Origin: a virus
Lineage: Duplodnaviria; Caudoviricetes
Virus record (IMG/VR): IMGVR_UViG_3300037522_000142
Location: 1-35,920 of that record
Length of the DNA: 35,920 nucleotides
Strand: one strand, 5' to 3'
Shown here: positions 7,320 to 16,836 of the stretch, one piece after another
Numbering within the stretch: position 1 is the first letter of the stretch
How the letters are laid out: each line of letters opens with the position of its first letter
Translations under genes and position numbers: made by a program
Notes under the pieces: model-generated
Seen by the model: the letters and a program-made list of their open reading frames with translations, nothing else
Databases searched by the model: none
Told to the model about the DNA's origin: nothing

Positions 7320-7712
7320 TCAGACCTCTCGGGCCAGGTCCTCAGCGGCCTTGTTCGGGTCGCTGATCCGTTCGAGCGCCTCATCCAAGGCGGCTTGGAG
7401 CCGCTGGTTCTCGGCGGTCAGGTCGCCGCGCATCTTCTTCGCCTCATCACCGAGCTCCGCGGTTACGGTGTCGAGACGTTCTTCGAGGGTCTTGACTTCG
7501 GCGGCGCGGGCATTCGTCTCGGCCTGAGCAGCGACAATGACCCCGAGCTGGGTCTCTTCCTGCCTCTTCAGGGTGCGGATGATCTCGGTGCGTTGCGCCA
7601 CATCGACCTCCAACCCGGCGATCCGGTTCGCCAGCCTGGAGACCAGGCTGTTCACGTCGATCTGGACATCCATGCCGTCAGGGTTCGAGGGGACCACCGC
7701 TTCGTCGCTCAT
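7320..7712 (-). CDS. Coiled-coil protein downstream of the tail spike
   Basis: Heptad-rich; ATGA overlap with the tail gene stop. Confidence 0.7.
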   Translation of the reverse strand: MSDEAVVPSNPDGMDVQIDVNSLVSRLANRIAGLEVDVAQRTEIIRTLKRQEETQLGVIVAAQAETNARAAEVKTLEERLDTVTAELGDEAKKMRGDLTAENQRLQAALDEALERISDPNKAAEDLAREV

Positions 7713-10700
7713 ACTGCCTCCAATGCAGCCAGTCGGGTCTCGATGTCTGCGAACTTCTCCTTCGATTTCGCCAGCAGAGCGGACAAGACGATGCCGGTGT
7801 CCCATCCATCGAGCACCCAATCGCCCTTCTCGTCTTGGTGGTGGGCCGCCGCCCAGGGGAAGACTTCCTCCACCTGCTCAGCGACCAGTCCGATGAACGG
7901 GTTGGTGCGGCCCCGTTCGGCATCGGGGATCGAGTCGAAGCCGACGGGGACCAGATCAAGGATCGGGTTCACCCACGGTTCGGATGCGACGGCACGAGCC
8001 GTGATGTACGACGGGAGTGCGTCGGTAGCGAGGACCGGCCAGATGTTCTCTTTGATCGCCAAAACGGAAGTGGATCGAATCCATTGACGTGTGGAGAACT
8101 CGCGTAAATCGGCGGCTGAGGCCGTTGTTCCCCCGGCATGGCCGGTGTGGTTCATCCCGTCATGTGGGGTAAGGGTATGCCCCGTGATGTTGGCGAGCGT
8201 GTGGCCGGTGTGGTCGAACCCGTTGTGCGCCGACGAGATGTGGGTGCCTGCGTGAAGGACGAGGTTTCCACCTATCGTCATGGTCCCATCGCGCAGGAAC
8301 CTCGCAACCTCATCGACAATCGCCGCGTCGTTGTCGTCGGCCACGTTGTCCAGCAGGATCACCAGATCGCTGCGACCGAACGAGGCTTGACGGTCAGCAA
8401 CAATCGCAGCCTTGGCCGCAGTGTTGCCGGTCGTCGCGTCGAAGAAGATTCCAAACAGGGAACTGTCAGCGTTCCCCGCGTTGGCGTAGTTCAGTCGAAG
8501 ATGTCTTACCGTCTGCCCTGTGATGCTGGTGTCATTGATGATGTGGACCAGCGCGGCGTCCTGCCCGGTTGGGGTATTCGTGACTCGCACCCGTTCGGAG
8601 GTGCCGGTAATGATCGAGAGCCAGTTGTTACCGGCGCCGCCGGAGACTTGGCCGATACCGGTGTCGGGGTCGGCGGCGAAAGCGAGGCCGGGCGCGGACA
8701 GGACACCGTCGTCTATGAGGAGCGGCACCAGCGCCGACACTGATGCTGGTCCAAGTTGCAACACAGACACCAACGACCCGGCAGGCTGCGAATCACGGAC
8801 CCGGAATTGGAGGAGCAGTTCCGACGGGGACCGGATTACTCCATCTGCCAGTGTCCCTGTGGGGGAGAAGAACTGGATGATGTCCTGGTCGGCACCACCG
8901 ACCAGGCGGACCCGGCTGCCGGAGGTCGAGGTCTGGATCGTCGCCCCAGTGATCGTCCCCGCGGTAATCGACCCCAGGTCCGCGGCGACCGCCGACAATT
9001 GCGAGACGTTGGTCTTGATCGGCGTGACCTGCGTATCTGCGATCTTCGCCGTCTTGACCGAACCATCGGCAAGCACCCGTTCGTCGACCGCCGAGTCGCC
9101 GAGTTCCGCGGACTGGACCGCCAGGGGACTCAGGGAGGCGTCCGCCGAGTAGCCGGAGACGTTGCCTGCGTGGTCGACGGCCCGGACCCGGAAGAACAGG
9201 GTGACCCCGTAGTCGGCGGCGTCGGGGGCGGAGCGGACCTTCACGGTGTCGCCGGCGGCGAGCTCCTCGTAGGAGACGTCGATCACATCGACCTTCGTCG
9301 TCGGCGCGGGTGACAGGCCGGCGAACACCCGGAACCGTTTGATGTCGAGGTTCGCCGCCCCATACCCGCCGGAAGACAGGTTGACGCTGAGGACGAGACG
9401 GCCGCCCGGTTTCCGGACGATCGTCGGTGTCGGGGGTGTCGCGGGGGCGATCGTGTCCGCCGACACGACGACCGTCGCAGTCGACGACCAGGCGGACTTG
9501 TTGCCGTTGCGTCTGACGGCACGGAACCCGAGGTCGTAGGTGGTGTCGATGTCGAGGCCACCGATGGAGGGGTCGGTGTCGTCGGGTTCGAAGTCGGTTT
9601 TCTCCCAGTTGTCGGCGGAGCCTTGGATCCGCCACCGGGCTTTGATGACCGTAAGGTCGGTGAGGGTGGAGCCGTCGGTGTTCTGTGTCGGGTTGACCCA
9701 CGACGGGGTGATGCGGCCCTTCTCACGGCCCCGTTTGTTCAGGTAGACGGAGCCGGTGCCGGCGGGGCTGGTCGGAGGGTTGGGGACCTGGTCGGAGGTC
9801 TTGAACCGGGTCTTCTTGAATTCGCCGTCTATCGATTCGGTGAAGGCGACGGGTTTGGTGCCGAGCCACAGATGGTCGGAGGCGGGTTCGAGGGTCAGGT
9901 AGTCGGTGAGATCGGTCCAGACGCCTGCGGAGGAGCGGTGGTAGACGCCCATGCCGTCGGTGATGCGCCAGGACCAGCCGACGACCCGGATCCGGCGGGG
10001 GGAGAGATGTTCCCCGGCATATTGAACGTCGATGGTGAGGTCGGTGAACCCGTGGTCGGGGTCGTAGACCAGGACGGTGTCCCCGAGCCGGAATTCGCCT
10101 TGGATGTGGAAGTCGCGGGTGTCGAGCTCCCAGTATTCCTTGGTTTCGGAGTCGGCGTCGAGGAGCGCCTGCGCCCGGGTGGCGGCGTTGGCTTCGGAGA
10201 TGTCGACGTCGGAGGTGACCCGGGTCCGCTGCAGCGCGTTGCCGTGGAAGTCTTTGAGAGTATGGGTGGCGTCGGCGTCGCCGACGATCAGGGTCTCGGC
10301 TTCCCCTTCGGCGAACACGACTTGGCGGAGGACCCGGAGCGTGTCGTCTTTGCCGCCCCGCAACGCCTGGACGGGGACGGGTTTGACTCCACCGGCGCCC
10401 GGCGCGTCGAACACGAGGACAGGAGGGAGGGTCTCGGATTCGGGGGCGGTGATGTACAACTGGGCTTGACGTCCGGCGTCGAGGGTGCCGTCAGGGTTGA
10501 CCCGCCATTCGCAGGGTGTCGGGTTGGCGGGGGAGAAGAGGCTGCACACCGCGTCGATCGCCTCGCGGGGCGTCAGGTACTGGATGGCGGCGGTGAGAGT
10601 CCCCGTGACCGAATTGAAGACCCCTTCGACGATCGACCCTCCGGGGGGGAGCAGCGCCCGGATCCAGTTGGCGAACGTGTCCGCGGTGAGCGACACCTCC

Positions 10701-10990
10701 GTCTCATGGATGTCGCCGATCCCGTCGACGTCGCCGAGATGCAGCCCGACACCGAACCCGGCGACACTCAACCCCTCCGCCCCCGCGGTAGGGGTGCGGA
10801 GGAGTACCCCGGAGAACCGGGACAGCGACTTGAGGGCGGCGTCGTTGTGGCGGGCCGGGTCGACCCGCTGGTCGGTGACCACCAGATGATCCCACTCCGT
10901 CAACGCGTCCAACACCGTCTGCGGCGTGTTGGGACTGAGATCGATCCGGAACCGCCCGGCGGCCTGGACCCACTCCTCAACGAAGCTCAT
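7709..10990 (-). CDS. Baseplate hub/tail spike protein with FnIII-like domains and a C-terminal S74-type chaperone
   Basis: FnIII motifs (WVNP...YDLGFRAVRRNGNKSAWS; FRVRAVDHAGNVS), fibre repeats, and S74 motifs TSVLAIKENI and GLVAEQVEEVFP with a terminal coil. Confidence 0.85.
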   Translation of the reverse strand: MSFVEEWVQAAGRFRIDLSPNTPQTVLDALTEWDHLVVTDQRVDPARHNDAALKSLSRFSGVLLRTPTAGAEGLSVAGFGVGLHLGDVDGIGDIHETEVSLTADTFANWIRALLPPGGSIVEGVFNSVTGTLTAAIQYLTPREAIDAVCSLFSPANPTPCEWRVNPDGTLDAGRQAQLYITAPESETLPPVLVFDAPGAGGVKPVPVQALRGGKDDTLRVLRQVVFAEGEAETLIVGDADATHTLKDFHGNALQRTRVTSDVDISEANAATRAQALLDADSETKEYWELDTRDFHIQGEFRLGDTVLVYDPDHGFTDLTIDVQYAGEHLSPRRIRVVGWSWRITDGMGVYHRSSAGVWTDLTDYLTLEPASDHLWLGTKPVAFTESIDGEFKKTRFKTSDQVPNPPTSPAGTGSVYLNKRGREKGRITPSWVNPTQNTDGSTLTDLTVIKARWRIQGSADNWEKTDFEPDDTDPSIGGLDIDTTYDLGFRAVRRNGNKSAWSSTATVVVSADTIAPATPPTPTIVRKPGGRLVLSVNLSSGGYGAANLDIKRFRVFAGLSPAPTTKVDVIDVSYEELAAGDTVKVRSAPDAADYGVTLFFRVRAVDHAGNVSGYSADASLSPLAVQSAELGDSAVDERVLADGSVKTAKIADTQVTPIKTNVSQLSAVAADLGSITAGTITGATIQTSTSGSRVRLVGGADQDIIQFFSPTGTLADGVIRSPSELLLQFRVRDSQPAGSLVSVLQLGPASVSALVPLLIDDGVLSAPGLAFAADPDTGIGQVSGGAGNNWLSIITGTSERVRVTNTPTGQDAALVHIINDTSITGQTVRHLRLNYANAGNADSSLFGIFFDATTGNTAAKAAIVADRQASFGRSDLVILLDNVADDNDAAIVDEVARFLRDGTMTIGGNLVLHAGTHISSAHNGFDHTGHTLANITGHTLTPHDGMNHTGHAGGTTASAADLREFSTRQWIRSTSVLAIKENIWPVLATDALPSYITARAVASEPWVNPILDLVPVGFDSIPDAERGRTNPFIGLVAEQVEEVFPWAAAHHQDEKGDWVLDGWDTGIVLSALLAKSKEKFADIETRLAALEAV

Positions 10991-12177
10991 GCCGAGACCA
11001 CCACCTTCTCGGACCGCCACTCGAGGTACTGGTCCCACAGGTCGGAGTCCTGGTCACCGGATTGGACGCCGCCGCCTTCGTCGATCTCTTTGGAGATCAT
11101 GAACGGCAGCCGGGCGGCAGTCTTGTTGAGGGTCCCGGTGCCGGTGGTCAGGGTCGCGGTGAGTTCGGAGCCGATCATCCACCGGTGCCCTGAGCCATCG
11201 ACGGTGTCGCGGATCATCGCCCCGGTGGGGATCGGGGAGGTGATGGACCCGGTCTCCCCGGAACGGAGGCTGAGCGCCAAGCCGGAAGTGTCGGACGTGT
11301 AGACACCGTCGATGATCCGGGAGCCGCGTCGGACGCCGAGCTGGACGGTGAGGAGCCCCTGGAACGTCACGCGGGGCTGGACGAGTTCGATGACGCACCG
11401 CTCGGGGGTGTTGCGGATGATCCGCACCGCGTACCAGTCCCCGACCGCCGCGCCGTCATGGCGGACCGCCCAGACCGTGGACCGCCAGGCGGCGCCGTCG
11501 TAGTGTTCGACGTCGAGCCCGCCGTCTGTGTCGGGGGTGACGCGGACCAGGTTGTTGCCGATCTGCCAGTCGAGCGGATCGTTGGGGGCGTCCCTGCCGG
11601 CCCGGAGGAAGCCGTCGAGGAAGATTTCGCAAGCGCCCTTGTAGTAGGAGGCGGGGGCGACCATCCAGATCGGATGGACGTCGGCGTCGACGTTGAGCCG
11701 GACCCTCGACGTGCCGTCCGAGCCGACCCGGGCGAGGGTGGTGACCCCGGCGGACGGGTCGAAGGTCCGCCAATCCACCGGGGGACCGACGTAGCCGACA
11801 CCGGGCCCGGTGTACGAGTGGTCGTTGGTGAGGGTCTTGCCGGTGAGTTTCGACTGGAACCGGACCGCCACCTCGCTGCCGAGACGTGTCAGGACCGCTG
11901 TCCAGCGGCCCCAGCCGTTCCCGGTGAGACTCACGATCCGGGCGGAACCGCCGGCAGCAACATAGAAGGCGTCGATGAGCGGGTCCTCGGACCAGGTGAC
12001 CGCGATCGGGAGATCCGGGTTCCGGAGGGTGGCGTCGAGTTCGTCGATCAGGGCCCGGGTCTGCGCCAGCGATGAGCCGACGATGTCACCGGAGAGACGC
12101 AGGACGCCGCCTTGGAGGTCGACGCCGGTGACTTCAGCGACGGTCATGGAGAGTCTCCCGATGCGGAGGGTGGCCAT
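10987..12177 (-). CDS. Distal tail / minor tail protein
   Basis: Position directly after the tape measure gene; beta-rich; coupled overlaps. Confidence 0.7.
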   Translation of the reverse strand: MATLRIGRLSMTVAEVTGVDLQGGVLRLSGDIVGSSLAQTRALIDELDATLRNPDLPIAVTWSEDPLIDAFYVAAGGSARIVSLTGNGWGRWTAVLTRLGSEVAVRFQSKLTGKTLTNDHSYTGPGVGYVGPPVDWRTFDPSAGVTTLARVGSDGTSRVRLNVDADVHPIWMVAPASYYKGACEIFLDGFLRAGRDAPNDPLDWQIGNNLVRVTPDTDGGLDVEHYDGAAWRSTVWAVRHDGAAVGDWYAVRIIRNTPERCVIELVQPRVTFQGLLTVQLGVRRGSRIIDGVYTSDTSGLALSLRSGETGSITSPIPTGAMIRDTVDGSGHRWMIGSELTATLTTGTGTLNKTAARLPFMISKEIDEGGGVQSGDQDSDLWDQYLEWRSEKVVVSA

Positions 12178-13697
12178 CAGTTGACTCCCCTACGGTTGGC
12201 GTCGAGTTCGGCGGCGGTGTAATGCACGGTCGCTTCAGCGAACTTCTTGCCGTCGATCTGGATGATCACGGTCCCCGGGTCGATCCGGACCGTCGGATTG
12301 AATCCCGGGGACTCGCCGCCGAAACCGGATCGGGTGGCGGGGGTGGGGATCGTGAACGGCAGAGTCGGGGTGGGGAGCCCCGCTGCGGCGAGCAGCCCGT
12401 AGGATTCGAGGATCTGGTTGAGGGTCGTCGAGTAGATCCCCGCCTCCCGGCCCAGATCCCGGAACGCCTGCACCGATTCGGGGGCGGTTTCGGCGAACGT
12501 CGCTTCCGCGGCGTTGACCTTGCCCTGCGCCTCGATCAGTTTCAGGGCGGCGGCTTCACGGTCCTCCTCCGAGGCCTCCGTGTCACCGAGCGCCGCCTGA
12601 TAGGCCTCTGCCGCCTCGGCCAGGTCCTTCTGCGCCCCGATCAGGGTGAGCGCGGGGGACGCTGCCACCAGGGTGGCGTCGATCAATCCACGGACCGCGG
12701 CTGTCGCCGTGTTGAAGTCGGCGGCCATTTCCTCGGCGGAGCGGCCCAGGTTGCCGAGGCTCGGATCGCGTGCAGTCCTCTCGAGTCCTCGAATCGCGGC
12801 TTCGGCGCGGTCGACGGCGATCGCCAACTTCGGAAGGTCCTTGTCGGAGGTGACCTTCACCTTGTCAGCGAACGCGAGGAGCTCCTCGTTGGTGGCGGTG
12901 AACGGTGTCTTGAGCCCGACGAGGGTGTCAGCGACGAAAGTGACGACCGGGACGAGATCGAGAGCGAGTTCAGAAGCTGAGTCTTTCAGCTCACCTATGG
13001 CGGTGGCCATCTCCTTGGAGGCCCGGATCGCGGGGTCGCCGCCTTCGGCGTAGGCGGTGACGGCGTTGGTGGACTGTTCCTGAATGATGGCCAGGGTCTC
13101 GAGCGCCTTCGCCTGAGTCAACGCCTCACCGGTCAGCTTGGACATGCCTTTGGCGGCGAGGCGGGCCTGGACGTCGGCTTCGGAGACTTTGACGTTGAGG
13201 GCGATCAGACCTTCACGTTCACCGAGCATGGCCCGCTGGATGCGGCTGATGGCGTCCTCGACGGAGACGGTGCCGCCCTTCCATTCGGAGAGGGCGTTGG
13301 CGAGGAGCAGCACCTCTTTGGTGGTGTCCGCCGCTTCCTGCTTGCCGAGTTTGAGGGCGGCGAACAGGTCTCCGGTGTCGGCGATCAGTCCCCGCATCCC
13401 CGATTCGGAGAGCCCGAACACCTCGTTCTGCTCATCCGCCCACGCGCCCAACTCGTCGGTCATGCCCTCGAAGACGGTGGCGAACTGCCGTTCCCGGGCT
13501 TTGAGAGCGATCCCGGCGTTGAACATCGCGGATGTGAAGTCAAGGACCTGCTTCACCATCACCCCACCGATGGCGGCCTTGGCGACCCGGGAGAGGCCTT
13601 GGAGGGAGCCGCCCATCCGCTGGGCGCCCTGGCGGACCGCCGTGTCGTCCATGACGACTTCGAACTGCAAGGTCCGTTTCCGTGAAGCCCCGGCCAT
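12177..13697 (-). CDS. Tape measure protein (506 aa)
   Basis: Ala-rich helical sequence with the GEREGLIALNV motif and terminal IQIDGKKFA; start re-called at the TGATG overlap. Confidence 0.85.
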   Translation of the reverse strand: MAGASRKRTLQFEVVMDDTAVRQGAQRMGGSLQGLSRVAKAAIGGVMVKQVLDFTSAMFNAGIALKARERQFATVFEGMTDELGAWADEQNEVFGLSESGMRGLIADTGDLFAALKLGKQEAADTTKEVLLLANALSEWKGGTVSVEDAISRIQRAMLGEREGLIALNVKVSEADVQARLAAKGMSKLTGEALTQAKALETLAIIQEQSTNAVTAYAEGGDPAIRASKEMATAIGELKDSASELALDLVPVVTFVADTLVGLKTPFTATNEELLAFADKVKVTSDKDLPKLAIAVDRAEAAIRGLERTARDPSLGNLGRSAEEMAADFNTATAAVRGLIDATLVAASPALTLIGAQKDLAEAAEAYQAALGDTEASEEDREAAALKLIEAQGKVNAAEATFAETAPESVQAFRDLGREAGIYSTTLNQILESYGLLAAAGLPTPTLPFTIPTPATRSGFGGESPGFNPTVRIDPGTVIIQIDGKKFAEATVHYTAAELDANRRGVN

Positions 13698-13909
13698 CAG
13701 CCGACCCCGAGATGCGAGTAGAGCCGGGCGTGGGTGTCGACGGTGAGATCCCAATACTCGTCGGGGGTGTACATGTAGGCGCGGCAGACCGCGGGCATCG
13801 TCTCCACCCAGAACAGGCCATGGTCCGAGTCGTAGTCGCGGGCGAGCCACAGCGGCATGTCGGCGAGGAGGACCTCGACCTTCCTATCAGTGGGGATGAT
13901 GGGTTCCAT
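13697..13909 (-). CDS. Putative tail assembly chaperone (short)
   Basis: Precedes the tape measure gene; TPDEYWDLT resembles gpT-like motifs. Confidence 0.55.
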   Translation of the reverse strand: MEPIIPTDRKVEVLLADMPLWLARDYDSDHGLFWVETMPAVCRAYMYTPDEYWDLTVDTHARLYSHLGVG

Positions 13910-13912
13910 TGG

Positions 13913-14353
13913 TCACTCCGGGAAGGCTTTAGCGAACGCGGAGAGGACCCGGTCGGCGTACTCGTCGGCGATCCGGGGCCGGAGCCGGCGGATCGTCGGG
14001 TGGATCACGTAGCCGGGGCCGTCGTCGGCGTCCTGGTTCCAGGCGTTGCCCCGCCAGCCCCGGAACTGCTTGTAAGCCCAGGCGCCGAACTCGTGGCCGA
14101 ACGCGTCGGGGACCCGACCCGAGTTGAGCGCGACCGACGCCGACCGGTTCGAAGCCCGTGACCCGATGACCCCGGAGCGGGTCAGACGCACGAAACCGCC
14201 GCCGAGGCTCGAAGCCTGGCGGCGGCTCTGTGAGGCGACATCCTCGGCGATCGTCTTGTGGGCACGCCGCAACGCGACAGTGAGCCGGGGGTCGACCTGA
14301 CGGAGCCCCGCCTGGAACTCTCTGAGTCCACGGATGACGACCGCGTCGCCCAT
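13913..14353 (-). CDS. HK97 gp10-like tail completion protein
   Basis: VIRGLREFQAGL...HEFG...YVIHPT pattern. Confidence 0.7.
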   Translation of the reverse strand: MGDAVVIRGLREFQAGLRQVDPRLTVALRRAHKTIAEDVASQSRRQASSLGGGFVRLTRSGVIGSRASNRSASVALNSGRVPDAFGHEFGAWAYKQFRGWRGNAWNQDADDGPGYVIHPTIRRLRPRIADEYADRVLSAFAKAFPE

Positions 14354-14355
14354 CG

Positions 14356-15330
14356 TTACGGGGCGGTGTCGGTGGTCCGGTACAGGCAGGTGATCGCCGT
14401 CCCGGGACCGGTGCCGGTGTCGAGGCATTTGAAGGCGAGCGGCTGCTCGAGCTCCTCCGGGCCGTCGACCTGCGGGGTCTCGCCGTCGAAACGGACGTTG
14501 CAGGTGAACTGCAGATCGAAGTTGTAGGCGCCCGAGATCACCGCGCCCCGGAAGAGCAGCACCAGGGCGGCTTCGGTGCCGGCGACGAACCGGGTGTAAG
14601 CGGTGAGGTCATCGAAGTGGGCGTCGAGCTGCCCGCCGTATTCCCTCATCCCGGCTTCGAGCGGTGTCTTGATCAGCTGCGAACCGAGGACATGCCGGTC
14701 GGCGGCGAGACCACTGTCACCGTTGAGTGTCACCGAGCGGACCGGCTGGGACGCGGCGGCGATCTGGAGGGTGCCCTGCACGAAGGTGAGCAGCGTCAGC
14801 GACGCCGGGTAGGAGGCCACCTCGAGACCCGTCGACGTGTCCTCATCTTCGGCGGCGACATCCACCTGGAGTTTGGCGATCTCTCCGACGTCGCAGGCGA
14901 TCTCCCACGACGGGATCAGGCAGCCGTGGTACGTGAACGGGCGAACCGTTCCCCCGAGATCGGGGCGCCCGGCCTGGATGGTGAGCCCGACCGGGAGATC
15001 GCCGGGGGTGAACGTGTGATCCCAGACGGTGGGGTTGCCGCCGGCATCCGGTTGGTCGCTGACCACCGTGCCGAACATGTGCTTGAGCCAACGCCCAAAT
15101 GACTTGTTGGCGAGCTCCATCGAGATCTGGCCGCCAACCGTTTTGCGGCCGGAGGCCCAACGATCGGATCTGAGGACCCGGGTCCCGGCGCGGAGACCCT
15201 TCGATTCGAGACGTTCGATCTCCAGCTTGAGGGACTCGGATTCGAACTCGTAGAACCGGTCGACCGCGACCGGTGTGCCGTAGGTGACTTCCTCGGCGAC
15301 GCCGAGTTGAGCTGAGAGGCCGGTCTTCAT
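14356..15330 (-). CDS. Major tail (tube) protein
   Basis: QLGVAEEVTYGTPVAVDRFYEFESESL N-terminus typical of actinophage tail tube proteins. Confidence 0.85.
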   Translation of the reverse strand: MKTGLSAQLGVAEEVTYGTPVAVDRFYEFESESLKLEIERLESKGLRAGTRVLRSDRWASGRKTVGGQISMELANKSFGRWLKHMFGTVVSDQPDAGGNPTVWDHTFTPGDLPVGLTIQAGRPDLGGTVRPFTYHGCLIPSWEIACDVGEIAKLQVDVAAEDEDTSTGLEVASYPASLTLLTFVQGTLQIAAASQPVRSVTLNGDSGLAADRHVLGSQLIKTPLEAGMREYGGQLDAHFDDLTAYTRFVAGTEAALVLLFRGAVISGAYNFDLQFTCNVRFDGETPQVDGPEELEQPLAFKCLDTGTGPGTAITCLYRTTDTAP

Positions 15331-15333
15331 CGG

Positions 15334-15507
15334 TTATTCCTCCTCTGGCTTCTGCTGTTTGGGAGCCTTGGCCGGCGTCCATCCCTGACGGAGCAGGGAC
15401 TCGGCGACGGCGTCGGGAACCTCGACGGGTTGACCATGGACGGCGACGATCCCCGCGGCGGGGATCTCGACGGCTTCGAACGGGCCCCGATAGATGAGGA
15501 TCTGCAT
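15334..15507 (-). CDS. Small virion-associated protein
   Basis: MQILIYRGPFEAVEIP...GQPVEVPDAVAESLLRQGW; AAGGAG RBS. Confidence 0.7.
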   Translation of the reverse strand: MQILIYRGPFEAVEIPAAGIVAVHGQPVEVPDAVAESLLRQGWTPAKAPKQQKPEEE

Positions 15508-15517
15508 TGCTGCTCCT

Positions 15518-15976
15518 TCAGGTGACACGGACAGAGATCGTGAAGGTGAGGTCGAGGAAACAGATCCGGGAGGCGACACCTGCAAGTTCGGCGGCGACCT
15601 GGTCGACCACGTAGCCGATGTCGTCTGCTTTGAGAGTGTTGTCCCCGACTGCGGGGAGGGTCTTGAGTTCCTCGAGGACCTCGACGGCGAGTGCCTCGGC
15701 ACGGTCACGGGCCGCCTTGGCGACGGTTTCTCCGGCGCCTGGCCGGGTGGCGGCCACGGTGGCGGTGATCGTCATCTCGTCGGTGCGGCGCAGCTGCCCG
15801 AGGGCGGCCCACGGGGTATTGCCGGTGATCTGACCGGACCCGAGGACGATCACGGCGGCCATGTCGACGTCAGGTGACGGGTCGTAGGTGTACACGGTGA
15901 CACCGGCGAGCCCGGGGCGGGCATCGAGGGCGGCCTTGAAAGCGTCGAGGAAGTCACCGAACGGGAACTGGGCCAT
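15518..15976 (-). CDS. Tail terminator / head-tail joining protein
   Basis: Position, size and TGATG coupling. Confidence 0.65.
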   Translation of the reverse strand: MAQFPFGDFLDAFKAALDARPGLAGVTVYTYDPSPDVDMAAVIVLGSGQITGNTPWAALGQLRRTDEMTITATVAATRPGAGETVAKAARDRAEALAVEVLEELKTLPAVGDNTLKADDIGYVVDQVAAELAGVASRICFLDLTFTISVRVT

Positions 15977-16836
15977 CAATTCACCCGCGGCAGCCGGTAC
16001 CGGTTGAGGACCTCGTCGATCACCGGGATACCGGTCGGGGTGTTCGGGCCCGGCGCGGCGAGCCTCCAGGTACCGAGATCGGTGGTCTGTGTCAGGGCCC
16101 GTTCCGGGATCGAGGATCTGACGGCTTCACGCAGCAGCATGAGCAGCGCCGCTCGGTGGATGTCCCCGGGTACCCGTTCGAAACCGTGTTCGTAGGCGAC
16201 GGTGACGTTACGTGGGTCCGTCGACGTCGGGGCACTCCAGATCGATGTGGTGTGGATCAGGAACGGGCCCCTCCAGGCCGCGACGATGTCGGCGACGGTT
16301 TGTGCGGTGCCGCCGATCGATGCGGCGAGGACACTGATGGGACGATGATCCGGGATCCGGAGCTGGGAGGTGCCGGAGCCGGGGAGTTGTTCCCGGGCGT
16401 ACCGTGGAACGAACTGGACACCGCAATAGTCGGCGAAGAGGTCGGAGATCCGGGTGCGGTGCTCATCGATGGTGGCGGCGGAGAGTCCGGAGAGGGGGGT
16501 CTGCTGATCCGACACCTCGAAGGCTTGAGCCTCGGCGATAGTGAACAGACGCCCACCAACAATCTCGATCGAGTCCTCGACGACGGCTGTGGTGTCGGTG
16601 CGGGTCCAGGTGACATGCAGCCGGTTGAGGGCCGTTTGGATCGCGAGCGAGTACGTGTAGGTAGTCGTGGCCCCGGTGCCGTTCTTCGTCGCCGGGGTCG
16701 ACGCTTGGACCACCTCGCCGGCTTCGCCGACGATGGCGATCGTGACATCACCAGCGTCGGCTTGGACGCCGTCCTCGTACCAGATCTTCGTCAGGGTGAT
16801 GGGCCCAGTGTTCTTGAGGACGGTGAGCTCGCTCAT
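15976..16836 (-). CDS. Head-tail adaptor with an extra N-terminal beta domain
   Basis: C-terminal YCG...VAYEHGFERVPGDIHRAAL...TGIPVIDEVLNRY adaptor motifs; ~95-aa N-terminal extension. Confidence 0.75.
   Translation of the reverse strand: MSELTVLKNTGPITLTKIWYEDGVQADAGDVTIAIVGEAGEVVQASTPATKNGTGATTTYTYSLAIQTALNRLHVTWTRTDTTAVVEDSIEIVGGRLFTIAEAQAFEVSDQQTPLSGLSAATIDEHRTRISDLFADYCGVQFVPRYAREQLPGSGTSQLRIPDHRPISVLAASIGGTAQTVADIVAAWRGPFLIHTTSIWSAPTSTDPRNVTVAYEHGFERVPGDIHRAALLMLLREAVRSSIPERALTQTTDLGTWRLAAPGPNTPTGIPVIDEVLNRYRLPRVN

Noticed and set aside
9623-11302. Long plus-strand ORFs (also 19933-21366 and 23790-24665)
   Set aside because: High-GC antisense shadows of tail, capsid and terminase genes.
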